Part shown: piece by piece, positions 42,803 through 53,780 of the stretch
Position numbering within the stretch: position 1 is the first letter of the stretch
Layout of the letters: every line of letters starts with the position of its first letter
Program-made: the position numbers and the translations under genes
DNA from: Euryarchaeota archaeon UBA486
GTDB taxonomy: Archaea > Thermoplasmatota > Poseidoniia > Poseidoniales > Poseidoniaceae
DNA length: 59,619 bases
Reading direction: 5' to 3'
Assembly (NCBI GenBank): GCA_002497765.1
Contig: DAET01000070.1
Location: 1-59,619 of the forward strand
The notes under the pieces: model-generated
Seen by the model: only the letters and a program-made list of their open reading frames with translations
The model's database searches: none
Told to the model about the DNA's origin: nothing

Positions 42803-45800
42803 TCAGAACTTGGTGCCGCTTCGACTGCGAGCCGTGCGAACACCGCCGTACACCACAAGAATGGCAAGCAGAGCGATGAGCAAGGTCATCCAAGCAGATT
42901 CACCGTCGGCCGTCGTCTCAGGGTTGTATTCAATGCTGAAATCACCGGGCTCGGGGACAGAATCCACGCTCTCGGCCTCAGCACCGGCAACCTCGACTCG
43001 GTAGTCGAAGCGCTGACTGCCCTGACTGAAGGACAGACCATCGAAGACAGCCATGGCTTCACCGCCCGCAGGGACGGCGATCGATTGCTGGAGTTCCTCT
43101 CCACCCGGTGGTGTGAGGTAGACGATGACGGACGGAGCGTCAAGGAGACCCTCGTTCACCACAGCAACACGAACAGCACCAGCTTGTCCAGCGATTTGGT
43201 CGGATTCCGTGGAGATTCGGTCCTCATCGATGGTCAACTTGATGGTGGCCTTCTTGATGATCACTTCGACCTCTTCACGCTCAACGTTCTCGTCCTGACT
43301 GTTCACGTACACCGTGAGCGGGAAATCGCTTTCTTCGTCGGAGTAGCTTGCTGGGGCAAACACCGTGAATTGTTGCGTACGGGTCTCATCCTTGTTCAGG
43401 GTCAGCGTGGACATCATCGGCGTGACCGACCACCCTTCCGGAACACCGCTCTCAAGCAATTCAATCGTGAAGGAATCCTGTCCGTTTCCGTTGTTGGTCA
43501 ATGCAAAGGAGAATTGGCGTTCAACCAAGGCTGACATACCAAGTTCCTCGGTCGCATCCGAGACCGTGAAGGCAAACGATTGCGGGACGAACACCTTCAC
43601 GGAGGCTTGGGACGACTCGCCCAAATCCGTTTGGAGGCGCATGGTCATGCGGTGACCGTTGGCCAAGTGCCAAGCCTCTGCCACCTCGGGCAGTGTGATT
43701 TGGACCTTGACCGAGGTGCTCAGCACAGCGTCCGTATCGGCATCACCGATACCAAGCGACACGCTGATGGAGTCCTCGTATGCCTCGCTGGTGGCGTTCC
43801 AGAACTGGACCGTCCACAGGTCGGAATCTTGTGCCAGACCCATTTCGCCTTCAACGGAAAAGACATCCATGATTTCAGTGCCGTTGTAGGCGATGTCATA
43901 GTCAAAGGTGATGGTTGAGTAGACGGATTCGTTGGTGGCTGACACCACGGCTTCGATTTCTCCGTCCTCAGCGTTCAACAACGTGGCATCGCTCAAGGAA
44001 GCGTCGTTGAACGTGATCTCAAGCGCTGAGTTCACACGTCGGTTGAACTGGAGCGTGGCTGCGATGGTCGAGTCGGCTGTGATGGTGGTGGTTTGTCCAC
44101 CGTAGTATTCCATCTCAACCGCCGTTGCGTGCTGGACGGTCATGAATTCACCGTCAAAGGACACACTGCCCTCTGGGAACAACTCACGAAGTTCACCGCT
44201 GGCTGGCACATCAACCATCCACGATTGACCGTCGAAGGAGACTTCCAATTCGACGGTGCCCTCGATCATGTCCGAGCCTGCATCATCCGAACCAGCATGG
44301 TGCTCGTTCTGTTCGATGTCCGTCCAAGCCGTTGTCAAGTCGACATAGCCGCCCAGAGCCATCACCATGGTGATGTTGCCACCGTTGGCAACCGAAGCAT
44401 CGAGCAGACCGATGGCAACGCCGCCACCGTTGGGGCCGGGGTTGCTCTGGGAAACCACCACGACCCACTCGCCGGGCTGGACGCTGGTGGACCATTCGAG
44501 GGTGGTGTCGTTCATGCTGCCGCTGACTGCGACAGCATCTCGCTCAATGCCCGCAACGGGGTACAACACGATGGTCGCATCAACCAAACGGTCAGCGTCG
44601 AGTTGGTCCGTCACGGTTCCTTCAACATCGACAAGGCCGGCCGTGACTTCAATGTCCGTGGAATCTGGACTGTCGTGAACGGTGTAGCCGTTCTGGTCCT
44701 CCGTGGCGTAGTAAACCGTCTCAAAGCCATCCTTCTCAACGGTCACGTTGTACACATCACGGATGGGCACAAAGACTCGCCAAACACCTTCATCGTCGGT
44801 GGTCACGGTGGTCGAAACCTCAGAATTGTTGCTTCCAACCACGGTGACGCTCATCTCTGGCAATCCTTCGCCGAGGCTTGGCGCACTGTTGTTGTCAAGG
44901 TCCCAATACACCTTGCCGCCGATTTCAACTTCGAGTGTGGCATAGACAGGGTCAAGGACGAGCGAATAATTCTCGTCTGCGGCGTCCGTGCTGAACGGTG
45001 CGTCGCTGGTGTCCATGAACCATGACTTGGTGCCGATGGTTCGGTTGAAGTAGAAACTCCAGGTACCTGGCATCAGCAATTCCGATGCGTTGCCGTCGGC
45101 GTCTGTGCGCTCGAAAGTGATGTTGCCAAAGCCATCGTGGCTCACAGCGGTGACCGTCATGTCGCTCAATGCCGCTTCAGTGACGGCTTCAAGCAATTGC
45201 ATGGACACCTCAACGCTGATGCTGGTGGTCAACTCAAGACCGGTCCGAGTAGAATCAGCAGCGACCGTCAACGGTTGTCGCAAGGTCTCGGTGTGATCAC
45301 CGTTGCTGAACGGAGCGACGATGATGAGCCATTCGCCCGCTGGTACGTAGGCTGCAAAGCTGCCGTTTTCGTCCGAACCAATGTTGAACCACTGGTCGTC
45401 GGCCTCGTTGTACAACAGGAAGTCGTTGGCGATGCCGTCGTCGGTGGTGTTGAACAGCGTTCCCGTGACCAGATAGGTGTTCTTGAGCGCCACATCGTAA
45501 GGCTCATCCACGGCGTCGAGACCGATGCGGATGGCGTCAAAGAAGGTCTCACCGATCAAATCGTAATCGGTGGCGTTCTCATCGGCGGCAACCGTTCGGT
45601 TGAACAGGACATCGTAACCACCGGGGGTCAGCGAGACGGTAATGATGCCCGGTTCGCTGTAATCTTCAGCCGTGTAATAGATTGGATCCCGGTTCTCCGC
45701 AATGGGCTTCAGGGTGAAGGCGGGCGTAGACGCCGTGCCGTTCTCAAAGGTGCCATCCTCTGCGGAGTTCAGGTAGACGTGCATCTCAACCTCAACCGCT

Positions 45801-48800
45801 TCTGGGTTCGCAATGACCTCCATGGTGGAGATGGTCTCGGTGCTCGAGCGGTTGACTGACAGGTCCTCGATGGCCGTGGCGTTCAAGCGCTCGTCCGTGA
45901 GGGAAATGGTCCACACACCGTTGGGCAAGTCAAACGCGAAGTCACCGAGTTCGTTCGTCGTGGTGGTCCACATCAAACCGGCGGCGTTGGTAGCCACCAC
46001 CTCAGGCGCCTCCCAAAGCGGGAACGATGAATCCCAGCGGGTGGTGTTGTCGTAGAGGTGGACAATACCGTTCACCAAACTGGTTGGTTCGATGTAAAGC
46101 ATGCCCAAATCGGCGTCAACACCAGTAGCGACCTCTACCAAAGCACCGTAGCCTCGATTGGTGACGACACTTTCGGTGGTCAGGTGGTAGGTGAAGCCGG
46201 ACGGGACACGAATGGAGAAATGTCCGCTGATGTTGGTCACAGCCGAGAACGCCAGGTCGTCGGAAACAACGTTCACCGTCAAGCCGGTCGCGGGTTGCGT
46301 GGTTTGCTCACGGTTCTCTTCGGGCGTCTCGTCGTTCCATGTGTTCCACTCATCGACGGTCACGCCGGGGTAGTTTCGCATGGAGCCGTTGATGTAGGCG
46401 GCTTGCGCGTAGGTCACATCTCGCATCACGTCATCCGTGCCTGGCTCGAGTTCAATTTGGTCAAAGAGCACGAACTCAGGGTTCACATCGTCGCGAATGT
46501 CCCACACACCGAACAAGAGTTCAGCGTAGATTTCGCCGTTCTCATCGCTGGTGACGTTGATGGGGTCCAACAGGTCGAGCTCGTTCTGGAACGTAATGAC
46601 ACGGTTGGAGACATCAAACAGGGCCTCCTGGGTCACTGGGTCAACCGGGGAGACCAACGTGAGGGTTACGTCAACGGTGTCGGGGACGTTGAGCGACAAC
46701 GTGATGTTGGAGACTTCATCCGTGACAAAGGTGGATTCGTTGAAGTCGTACCAGCCGTCATCGTCAACATCGCCTCGGTAGTAGTACTCGCCGGGTGGGA
46801 TGGGCCCATAGGAGAAGTTGCCTTCTTCATCGGTCATGATCATCACAGCAGCGTCCTCGCCGAGTTCAACATCAATCCACTCAATCGTTTGGTTGGGGAG
46901 TGCATCGCCGTGCATGTCGTTCAGGGTGTCCTTGAAGATCGCACCGGGCATGGTCATGTCCAAGTCGTAGCTCGGGTCAATGCCAATTTCAACGGGGTCT
47001 GGAAGCAGCACTTCCTTGCCGTTGGGCAGTTGTGCAATCATGTTGTAGGTCCCGGGAAGCAGACCGGTCTTGTAGAACGAACCAGGTTCCACCATCGGAC
47101 CGGAGAAGGTACCAACACCGATGAACAAGCCCGTGCCGTTGAAGGTACCCGTACCTTCGAACAGTCCGGCGCCTTCGAGGGTCTCGCCTTGACCGGCGTC
47201 GGCATCACCGTAGCTGCGGGTCAACGTTGAGGTGCCTTCAGAGGTGAACGTACCCATGGCATCAACCGTACCCTCGAGGCGGTAGGTCGGAATCTCACCG
47301 CTGTCGTCGACGAGACAGAAGGTCTCGTTGGCTGGCATCACAGCGTTGGACTCATTGTCCGTTTCACAAGCGACCACATCGCTTGGCTCGACCCACGAAG
47401 CCTCAATGACACCGTTTCCGGACCAAGTTCCGTTCGCAAAGAAGGTGCGTTCGTTGCCGATGGTTCGGGTGAAATTACCGATGAAGTTGCTGGCGAGAGC
47501 GATGCCCTCGCTTTCGAAGGTGCCTTCCTCAACCAGCGTAGCTTCGCCCGTTCCCTGGAGGATACGAGATTCTTCAGAGGTAAACGAGCCGCTGGTGGTT
47601 TCCACCGTGTAGTTGTCGGTCATGGACCAAATGTTGCGCAGAATGAAGGTGGTTTCCGAGATGGGGTCGCCGTTGAAGGCTTCATCGCCGGACCACGACA
47701 CCGTACCGGAAACACCGCTGCTCTCGACAGCGATGTCGACGGTTGTCGCCATGTCGACTTCTCGGTTGGCTTCGTCAGCGGTGACATTGGTGAGGGTCTC
47801 GCCCAACCACGTCATGTTGGCGACTTGGCCGAGGATGGCCGTGATTTCGTTGATTTCACGGTCGTCGTTGGTTTCGGTCAGGATGTCGCTGAGGCGCTCG
47901 CCGTAGGAACCATCACGGATGTTGTCCCGTGCTGCACTGGCGTCAAAGACGCCGGCAAAGGCCGTGACACGAATCTTACCGGCCGGTGCGAGGAAGCTGT
48001 ATCGTCCGTCGTCGTCGGCATCAACAAAGCCGATGGGCACCCAATAGGTGTCCTCGTCAAGGTCCTCGCCAGTTTCACCGGAGAAAGCGTCGCGCTCGAT
48101 CAACAATCGAACGCCAGGGAGGCCCTCACCGTTGTCGCTCATGGTGACTTGACCGGTCATTTCTGCACCGGGGTAGTACTTCAGAATCTTGACCAAGGTG
48201 TTGGTCGATTGAATCTGGTCCTCTGCCGATTCGCTGTACCAGTTGGCAATGACGAAGTGGTTCATCATCGCACCGGGCAAGGGCAAAGCATTGGTCATGA
48301 TGGTGCCGGGCGAACCTGACTGTCCAAAGTGCTGAGACGGTTGAGGGTTGCTGGAGCCAGCGTTGAGACCGAGCGTCGAAGCGCCGTAGCCGACGTAGGT
48401 TCGAGCGACCATGGTGTCGAAGAAGGCCGGGTTGTGGTCCACACGGACGTCCTCGATTTGCAACATGTCGATGTCAGCACCGGCTTGTTGGTTGAGGAAG
48501 TCCTTTTGCATGGCTTCGTCGACTTCCTCTCGAGTCATCTCGTCTTGGAAGTCGCCACGGACCGTCTCGTACACCTCGTCCATGTAGGTGCCAATGTCTT
48601 GGCCCGACAGGATGGTTGGTGCACCAAAGATACCCATGGGTTGTCCTCGGTTGTAGTTGGCGTCCGCCGTGTAGCGGCCAGCTCGTGGGTAGAGGCGGTC
48701 GTCGATGGCGAAGTAGCGAATCTCGTGGTCGCGAGTGATGGTCTTGCCGGGGGCATCTTCGTAGTTCTGCACGCGGTAGAGGTTTTCGAGGTTGATGAGG

Positions 48801-51800
48801 TCGTTGTAGAGGTCGTGGATGGTAGCGGTGGGGTGGGCGTCAAAGGCCGCAGTAAGCAGTTGGGTGACCAAAGCCAAGCGGGCGTTGTGGCGGTGGATGG
48901 ACGTCGAAACCGATGTAAATTCGTCAACCAAGTCAGCCGTGTACCAGTAATCGCCAACGATGGTGTGCGTGCGTTCCTCAACCGTTTCTTCAGAGGTTCG
49001 AACGTTGTTGTTGAAGGTGATGTCGGCTTGGTCCATGGAACTCCATGCATCGCCAACACAGGTGGTTGACACCGCATCCGTGCACGGAATAGCCACTTGA
49101 TCCTTGTAGATCTTGTAGACCTTCTCGCCGCTAAAGACACCAGCGGTGTGGAGGTAACCTTCAGCCATCACCACATCTCGGTTGGTCTTGACCACGTTGA
49201 ACGAGCGCTCTTCAATGAAGGAAATCATCTCCTCGCCGAAATTCAGTTGCATCGTCTCAAAGTCGGCCCACTGGTCGTCGTTGAGGTACTTTTGAACGAC
49301 ACCAGCAAAGGTCGGCGTCAGTTGGAGGTCAGAACCTTGACTGGCATAGGCTCGGTCGCCTTCAGCCAGTTGCCAAATGAACATGGCTGTCAGGTCGTCT
49401 TGGTTGCGAGCGAGCAACATGTTACCCGTTGCGGGGATACCGGACTGGAAGTTGTCCGAAACCGAGGGGTGTTCACCCGTGCTCAGGGCTTGGAAACCGT
49501 AATCCCACCATGAAACGAAGGCAGGTCTCTCTGAATACCCCATATCGGTGTCCTGATTGGCCAGCCAGTCGTACGCAGCGTTCCAACCGTTGTCGTTGAA
49601 CGAGGAGCCGAAGCTGCCGAGGTACCAGCGACCATCGTAGGTGCTGCTGTCAAGAACGGAGAAGCCAAGACCGTCAAATCGGAGGATGTCGGGCACGATG
49701 TTGTAGATGCGCTCGTCGATTTCTGATTCTTGGTTGGAGGTGCCGGGGATGGCGGAGTCCAAACCGTAAGTAGCCTGCTGACCGAAAATCATGATCATCA
49801 CGAGGAAAACCGCAGAGAATTGCGGCGTACGCCATACGGCCTTACGAGCACCAGAGATGCGGTCAGCAGGGGTACGAATACCGAACTTCTTCCACGAGCG
49901 AACCAGTCCGCTCCAGTTGGCCCACTGCCAGAAGGCGACGATACCTGCGGCACCAAGGATGGCCATGACAGGCGTGGCGTTGAACATGAAACGAGCAGCG
50001 TTCCAAGCCATGAACGTCGCAGCAAAGACCCACACACCGAACACCAAGGCGGTGCCGTTTCGGTGGCGAAGACCTCGCCACAGCAGACCGCCACCCATGA
50101 TGAGGGCGAGCAGGAAGGTGATGGGGCCAAACGAGGCAAAGAGTTGCGCACGGTTTGGAGCGTTGGCTTCTGCAACGGTACCGAAGATCTTGGTTTTGGT
50201 GAAATAACCACTACCGGTGAACAATACGTCCCAAGCATCCGAGTAGTTAAGCGTCTTCAGCACGTAAAGCAACACGAAGAACACCGCTGCAACACCACCG
50301 AGCGTGCCAAGGACCAACAGCCAAGGCTTGTCGCGGAATCCGGTGGTCACGAAGGCGATGGCGATCGTGAACCCAAAGATGAACAAGAAGGGTTGGAGCC
50401 CGGTGCTGTCGAGCACGAGATTGAGTTGTGGGTGGGCGTAGAACGGCAGTGCCATCAGGAACGTCGTGGTCAACATCACGAGGAACATCACGCTGAGCGA
50501 GGTGGAATCGCGGCGTCGGAACATGTTCAGAGCGACTTGCAGGGCGTAGGCCAAGAAGAGGATGGACGGACCGACGACGAACCCTTTCCAGCCCAGGGCG
50601 ACGACGCCAAAAGCAACACCTGCCAAGGCAGCGTTGGCCATGGCGGCTTGGCGATGAGCCGCGACGTCCTTGAACGCACGAACAAAGGACAGCGGGTGAG
50701 GCGAGGTCGTCTTGGAAATTCGAGACGAACCAGCGTACTTCACCGCACGGAGCCAGTACATGAACCCGACAGACAGGAACAGCATGACAAACGCGTCGTG
50801 GTCAGCCAGTGCCCATGTGGAGTGCGTGACGTGAGCGGGCATGAAGGCGATGAGCCAAGCAGCGAGCACACCAGCGCCCTTGCCAAAGTGATCCTTGGCC
50901 ATGGAGGCGATGGGGAACACGGTCAGTGCGCCATACACCGCAGGCAAGGCGAGCATGCTCCACCAAACGGCATCCTCAGGGGTGTTGAGGAAGGGTTCGA
51001 GTGCCATGGCGCCGACGGCCATGGACCACGAGAAGAGTGGCGGACGTGGGTTGATTCCACCGAGCGGGTAGAAGCGGTCAGCGTCAACCACAAGGTGAGC
51101 GTTGTTGGCAATGATGTAGTCGACAACACGCTTCATGTACCAAGGGTCAGATCCGCCAGTCATGTCCCAGTTGCCGGTGCCAAAGGCGTTCATTGACGGA
51201 ACGGCATACCACTGGACGCGGATGGCCAACCCGATGAGGAACGCCAAACCGACCATCATGCCAGCGCCGTGCGCACGGAGGAAGAGACGAGCCTGAGATG
51301 GCTCATGCTCGCCAAGGTTGGCCCATCCACCGTAGCGTTCGTGATTGCCAAGGGAGTAAATTCCAACGCCCAGGAAGAAGGTGATGGCGAGCCAAATCAA
51401 GGCGCCCCACGAACCGTCGAGGTCCTCGGTGTACCAGATGCCGGCTTCAAACCAAGCAGCGACTTGGTAGAGCGTCCACATGGAGGCGACGAGCATGGCA
51501 CGAGTGTACCAGCGCTCGGCCACCATGCCGGCGACGATGAGTGCCACCACACCGGTCAAGAACGCACTCCAGTAGCCAACGTAGCCGTGGTAGCCGACTT
51601 CGGTGGTGATACCAAGTTGGTTGAAGGTCTCGACGCTGTTGAAATGCCAGAGTGAACCGGCAAAGGCGAGAACCCAAACACCGAGGGCCAGCATCAACGG
51701 CAGCGCTGCACGGTTGTACCCGCTGGTTTGACCGAGGAAGGAAAACCAACCTTCGGAGCCTGCAGGGTTGAGCGTGCCACGAGCGAGAACACCAGCGAGA

Positions 51801-52360
51801 AGACCGGCAGCGGTGTACATCGTCCAGTACGCAAAGAAAACGTAAGACGTGGCCATACGCTCCAAGTTCATGGTGGAGACGAGTTGCCCGCTGTCCATCT
51901 CGTAGGTGGAAGGCAGCGCCGCATAGGTATCGCCGGCAGCCGCAATGGCCATCCAGAAACCGACGGCAGAGAAGGCCATGGCGGTCATCCATTCGTGGCG
52001 ACCTCGCAACTCAAGGTTCGAGCCGATCACAACGATGAGCGCAAACATCAGTGCAGCCAATGCATCAACATCGGCCACGGCGTAGAGGACTTCGGCACCG
52101 ACCAAGGCCAACACCAACACGCCGAGGGAAACGGGGGTGGAGGACAAGTCGGGTCGAGAAGCCAGAACCAAGCGTGGCACAACGGCCAGCATGCTTGCGA
52201 TGGCGACGACCAGCATCGGCATCATGTTGTTCAACGTCAAGTCGTATTCAATGCCCACGACTCGGGTGGTGGCAAGAGCGAGCAGCACGGCCAAGGGTGC
52301 AAGCAGCAACCCCAATGTGGCACTTGGCTGAATCGCCTTCGTATCCATTTGTTCATCCAT
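42803..52360 (-). CDS. aglB: Giant oligosaccharyltransferase AglB/STT3 with extra N-terminal TM block and very long C-terminal repeat extension
   Basis: STT3 motifs GSDPWY, ADHD, TVAE, SWWDYG and DNFQ. About 10 additional N-terminal TM helices, ~1800 aa of beta-sandwich-like repeats (TDEEGNFSY, SDENGSFAA, TDDEGVWRV) and a final TM with a basic tail. Confidence 0.92.
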   Translation of the reverse strand: MDEQMDTKAIQPSATLGLLLAPLAVLLALATTRVVGIEYDLTLNNMMPMLVVAIASMLAVVPRLVLASRPDLSSTPVSLGVLVLALVGAEVLYAVADVDALAALMFALIVVIGSNLELRGRHEWMTAMAFSAVGFWMAIAAAGDTYAALPSTYEMDSGQLVSTMNLERMATSYVFFAYWTMYTAAGLLAGVLARGTLNPAGSEGWFSFLGQTSGYNRAALPLMLALGVWVLAFAGSLWHFNSVETFNQLGITTEVGYHGYVGYWSAFLTGVVALIVAGMVAERWYTRAMLVASMWTLYQVAAWFEAGIWYTEDLDGSWGALIWLAITFFLGVGIYSLGNHERYGGWANLGEHEPSQARLFLRAHGAGMMVGLAFLIGLAIRVQWYAVPSMNAFGTGNWDMTGGSDPWYMKRVVDYIIANNAHLVVDADRFYPLGGINPRPPLFSWSMAVGAMALEPFLNTPEDAVWWSMLALPAVYGALTVFPIASMAKDHFGKGAGVLAAWLIAFMPAHVTHSTWALADHDAFVMLFLSVGFMYWLRAVKYAGSSRISKTTSPHPLSFVRAFKDVAAHRQAAMANAALAGVAFGVVALGWKGFVVGPSILFLAYALQVALNMFRRRDSTSLSVMFLVMLTTTFLMALPFYAHPQLNLVLDSTGLQPFLFIFGFTIAIAFVTTGFRDKPWLLVLGTLGGVAAVFFVLLYVLKTLNYSDAWDVLFTGSGYFTKTKIFGTVAEANAPNRAQLFASFGPITFLLALIMGGGLLWRGLRHRNGTALVFGVWVFAATFMAWNAARFMFNATPVMAILGAAGIVAFWQWANWSGLVRSWKKFGIRTPADRISGARKAVWRTPQFSAVFLVMIMIFGQQATYGLDSAIPGTSNQESEIDERIYNIVPDILRFDGLGFSVLDSSTYDGRWYLGSFGSSFNDNGWNAAYDWLANQDTDMGYSERPAFVSWWDYGFQALSTGEHPSVSDNFQSGIPATGNMLLARNQDDLTAMFIWQLAEGDRAYASQGSDLQLTPTFAGVVQKYLNDDQWADFETMQLNFGEEMISFIEERSFNVVKTNRDVVMAEGYLHTAGVFSGEKVYKIYKDQVAIPCTDAVSTTCVGDAWSSMDQADITFNNNVRTSEETVEERTHTIVGDYWYTADLVDEFTSVSTSIHRHNARLALVTQLLTAAFDAHPTATIHDLYNDLINLENLYRVQNYEDAPGKTITRDHEIRYFAIDDRLYPRAGRYTADANYNRGQPMGIFGAPTILSGQDIGTYMDEVYETVRGDFQDEMTREEVDEAMQKDFLNQQAGADIDMLQIEDVRVDHNPAFFDTMVARTYVGYGASTLGLNAGSSNPQPSQHFGQSGSPGTIMTNALPLPGAMMNHFVIANWYSESAEDQIQSTNTLVKILKYYPGAEMTGQVTMSDNGEGLPGVRLLIERDAFSGETGEDLDEDTYWVPIGFVDADDDGRYSFLAPAGKIRVTAFAGVFDASAARDNIRDGSYGERLSDILTETNDDREINEITAILGQVANMTWLGETLTNVTADEANREVDMATTVDIAVESSGVSGTVSWSGDEAFNGDPISETTFILRNIWSMTDNYTVETTSGSFTSEESRILQGTGEATLVEEGTFESEGIALASNFIGNFTRTIGNERTFFANGTWSGNGVIEASWVEPSDVVACETDNESNAVMPANETFCLVDDSGEIPTYRLEGTVDAMGTFTSEGTSTLTRSYGDADAGQGETLEGAGLFEGTGTFNGTGLFIGVGTFSGPMVEPGSFYKTGLLPGTYNMIAQLPNGKEVLLPDPVEIGIDPSYDLDMTMPGAIFKDTLNDMHGDALPNQTIEWIDVELGEDAAVMIMTDEEGNFSYGPIPPGEYYYRGDVDDDGWYDFNESTFVTDEVSNITLSLNVPDTVDVTLTLVSPVDPVTQEALFDVSNRVITFQNELDLLDPINVTSDENGEIYAELLFGVWDIRDDVNPEFVLFDQIELEPGTDDVMRDVTYAQAAYINGSMRNYPGVTVDEWNTWNDETPEENREQTTQPATGLTVNVVSDDLAFSAVTNISGHFSIRVPSGFTYHLTTESVVTNRGYGALVEVATGVDADLGMLYIEPTSLVNGIVHLYDNTTRWDSSFPLWEAPEVVATNAAGLMWTTTTNELGDFAFDLPNGVWTISLTDERLNATAIEDLSVNRSSTETISTMEVIANPEAVEVEMHVYLNSAEDGTFENGTASTPAFTLKPIAENRDPIYYTAEDYSEPGIITVSLTPGGYDVLFNRTVAADENATDYDLIGETFFDAIRIGLDAVDEPYDVALKNTYLVTGTLFNTTDDGIANDFLLYNEADDQWFNIGSDENGSFAAYVPAGEWLIIVAPFSNGDHTETLRQPLTVAADSTRTGLELTTSISVEVSMQLLEAVTEAALSDMTVTAVSHDGFGNITFERTDADGNASELLMPGTWSFYFNRTIGTKSWFMDTSDAPFSTDAADENYSLVLDPVYATLEVEIGGKVYWDLDNNSAPSLGEGLPEMSVTVVGSNNSEVSTTVTTDDEGVWRVFVPIRDVYNVTVEKDGFETVYYATEDQNGYTVHDSPDSTDIEVTAGLVDVEGTVTDQLDADRLVDATIVLYPVAGIERDAVAVSGSMNDTTLEWSTSVQPGEWVVVVSQSNPGPNGGGVAIGLLDASVANGGNITMVMALGGYVDLTTAWTDIEQNEHHAGSDDAGSDMIEGTVELEVSFDGQSWMVDVPASGELRELFPEGSVSFDGEFMTVQHATAVEMEYYGGQTTTITADSTIAATLQFNRRVNSALEITFNDASLSDATLLNAEDGEIEAVVSATNESVYSTITFDYDIAYNGTEIMDVFSVEGEMGLAQDSDLWTVQFWNATSEAYEDSISVSLGIGDADTDAVLSTSVKVQITLPEVAEAWHLANGHRMTMRLQTDLGESSQASVKVFVPQSFAFTVSDATEELGMSALVERQFSFALTNNGNGQDSFTIELLESGVPEGWSVTPMMSTLTLNKDETRTQQFTVFAPASYSDEESDFPLTVYVNSQDENVEREEVEVIIKKATIKLTIDEDRISTESDQIAGQAGAVRVAVVNEGLLDAPSVIVYLTPPGGEELQQSIAVPAGGEAMAVFDGLSFSQGSQRFDYRVEVAGAEAESVDSVPEPGDFSIEYNPETTADGESAWMTLLIALLAILVVYGGVRTARSRSGTKF

Positions 52361-52505
52361 TTGTATCCCTCATTTTAGGTCCAGCCTCAAGGCTGGCGTC
52401 GTTGGCCACTTCTGAACCCCTTTTAGGTATAACGGGTTACCACCGACACCGATGTGGCTCAGTCGCCTTTTTGCTTATGAGGAAAACAGGGCGAAATTCT
52501 GCGTT

Positions 52506-53780
52506 TTATTCCATGGCGCGGTGGCCAATATCCGTGCGGTGGTGGCCCCCTTCAAGGGTGAGCTGTTGAAGCACATCATAGGCGGCATCGTGAGCGGACA
52601 CGAGGTCACCTTTCAGCGCCGTGCAAGAGAGGACGCGGCCTCCAGAGGCCGTGTACTGACCGTCCTCATCCTGTGCAACGCCAGCGAAATTCACCCATGC
52701 TTCGCCGTAGGTTTCCTCGGCCAACACATGTGGTAGACCGTCGATGGGTCGTCCTTTGATGGGGGAGGCAGGGTAGCCTTCAGAGGCAAGCACCACGGTA
52801 AGGGCAACGCTGTCGTGAACCTCGAGCGCCACTTCGTGAAGCCGGTCGGTGGCAGCACCGTGGAGCAGGTCGTACATGTCCGTGGCGACAAGCGGGAGGG
52901 TGACCTGACATTCTGGGTCGCCGAAGCGAACGTTGAATTCAACCACGTAGGGGTCGTTGTGTTCGTCGATCATCAGGCCGATGAACAACACACCACGGTA
53001 CGGGACCGGTTGTGAACAGAGATGCGCATGCATCGGCTCAACAATGCGTTCGACAACCTTGGCGTGAACCTCCGACGACACCACGGGTGCGGGGCAGTAG
53101 GCGCCCATGCCGCCGGTGTTCGGACCCTCATCATCGTCGTAGGCCCGCTTGTGGTCCTGACTGGCGGGCAACGTGCGGTAGGCCGTTCCATCCATGACCA
53201 CCAACATGCTGGCTTCCTCACCGGGAAGGAAAGCTTCCAGCAAAACGTAGCCGTCGGCCTTGATGGAGAATTCAATGAAGGTTCTCGCCTCGTCTCGGTC
53301 GCTCGTCACGACCACGCCCTTTCCACCTGCCAGCACGTCACGCTTGACCACCCAAGGCTGGCCAGCAAACGCGTCCAACGCAGCATCGATGTTGCTTGTT
53401 TTGTCCAAGCGATGAAACGCAGCCGTCGGAACGCCCGCCGCCTCCATGGCTTGTTTGGCGTGGAGTTTGGAGCCTTCGAGGTGGGCCAACGCCGCCACCG
53501 GACCAAAGCAAGCAATGTCCGCCTCAGCGCATGCGTCCGCCAACCCGTCGCACAGCGGCGCTTCCGGTCCAACCACCACCAAATCCGGTGCCAGTTCCTT
53601 GAACAAGGAAACAAGGGCTTTGATTGACGATTCGGATGCATGATTGGTGGCGATTCGAGCGGTCCCGGCGTTCCCAGGAACACAATGCAGCGAGCCCACC
53701 TTGGGTGATGCATTCAGCGATAAGCAGAGGGCGTGTTCTCGTCCACCGCTGCCGACGACGACCACCGTTGCTCCTGTCAT
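52506..53780 (-). CDS. purD: Phosphoribosylamine--glycine ligase
   Basis: VVGSGGREHAL, PGNAG, VVGPEAPL, LEGSK, QDHKRAYDDDEGPNTGGMGAY, EFNVRFGDPE and GGRVL. Confidence 0.98.
   Translation of the reverse strand: MTGATVVVVGSGGREHALCLSLNASPKVGSLHCVPGNAGTARIATNHASESSIKALVSLFKELAPDLVVVGPEAPLCDGLADACAEADIACFGPVAALAHLEGSKLHAKQAMEAAGVPTAAFHRLDKTSNIDAALDAFAGQPWVVKRDVLAGGKGVVVTSDRDEARTFIEFSIKADGYVLLEAFLPGEEASMLVVMDGTAYRTLPASQDHKRAYDDDEGPNTGGMGAYCPAPVVSSEVHAKVVERIVEPMHAHLCSQPVPYRGVLFIGLMIDEHNDPYVVEFNVRFGDPECQVTLPLVATDMYDLLHGAATDRLHEVALEVHDSVALTVVLASEGYPASPIKGRPIDGLPHVLAEETYGEAWVNFAGVAQDEDGQYTASGGRVLSCTALKGDLVSAHDAAYDVLQQLTLEGGHHRTDIGHRAME

Noticed and set aside
4182-51196. Many long antisense ORFs (e.g. 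4182..5561, 19233..20543, 46058..47230, 49730..51196)
   Set aside because: They lie exactly opposite well-supported genes and have no motifs. They are the expected shadow of strong codon bias in GC-rich DNA.
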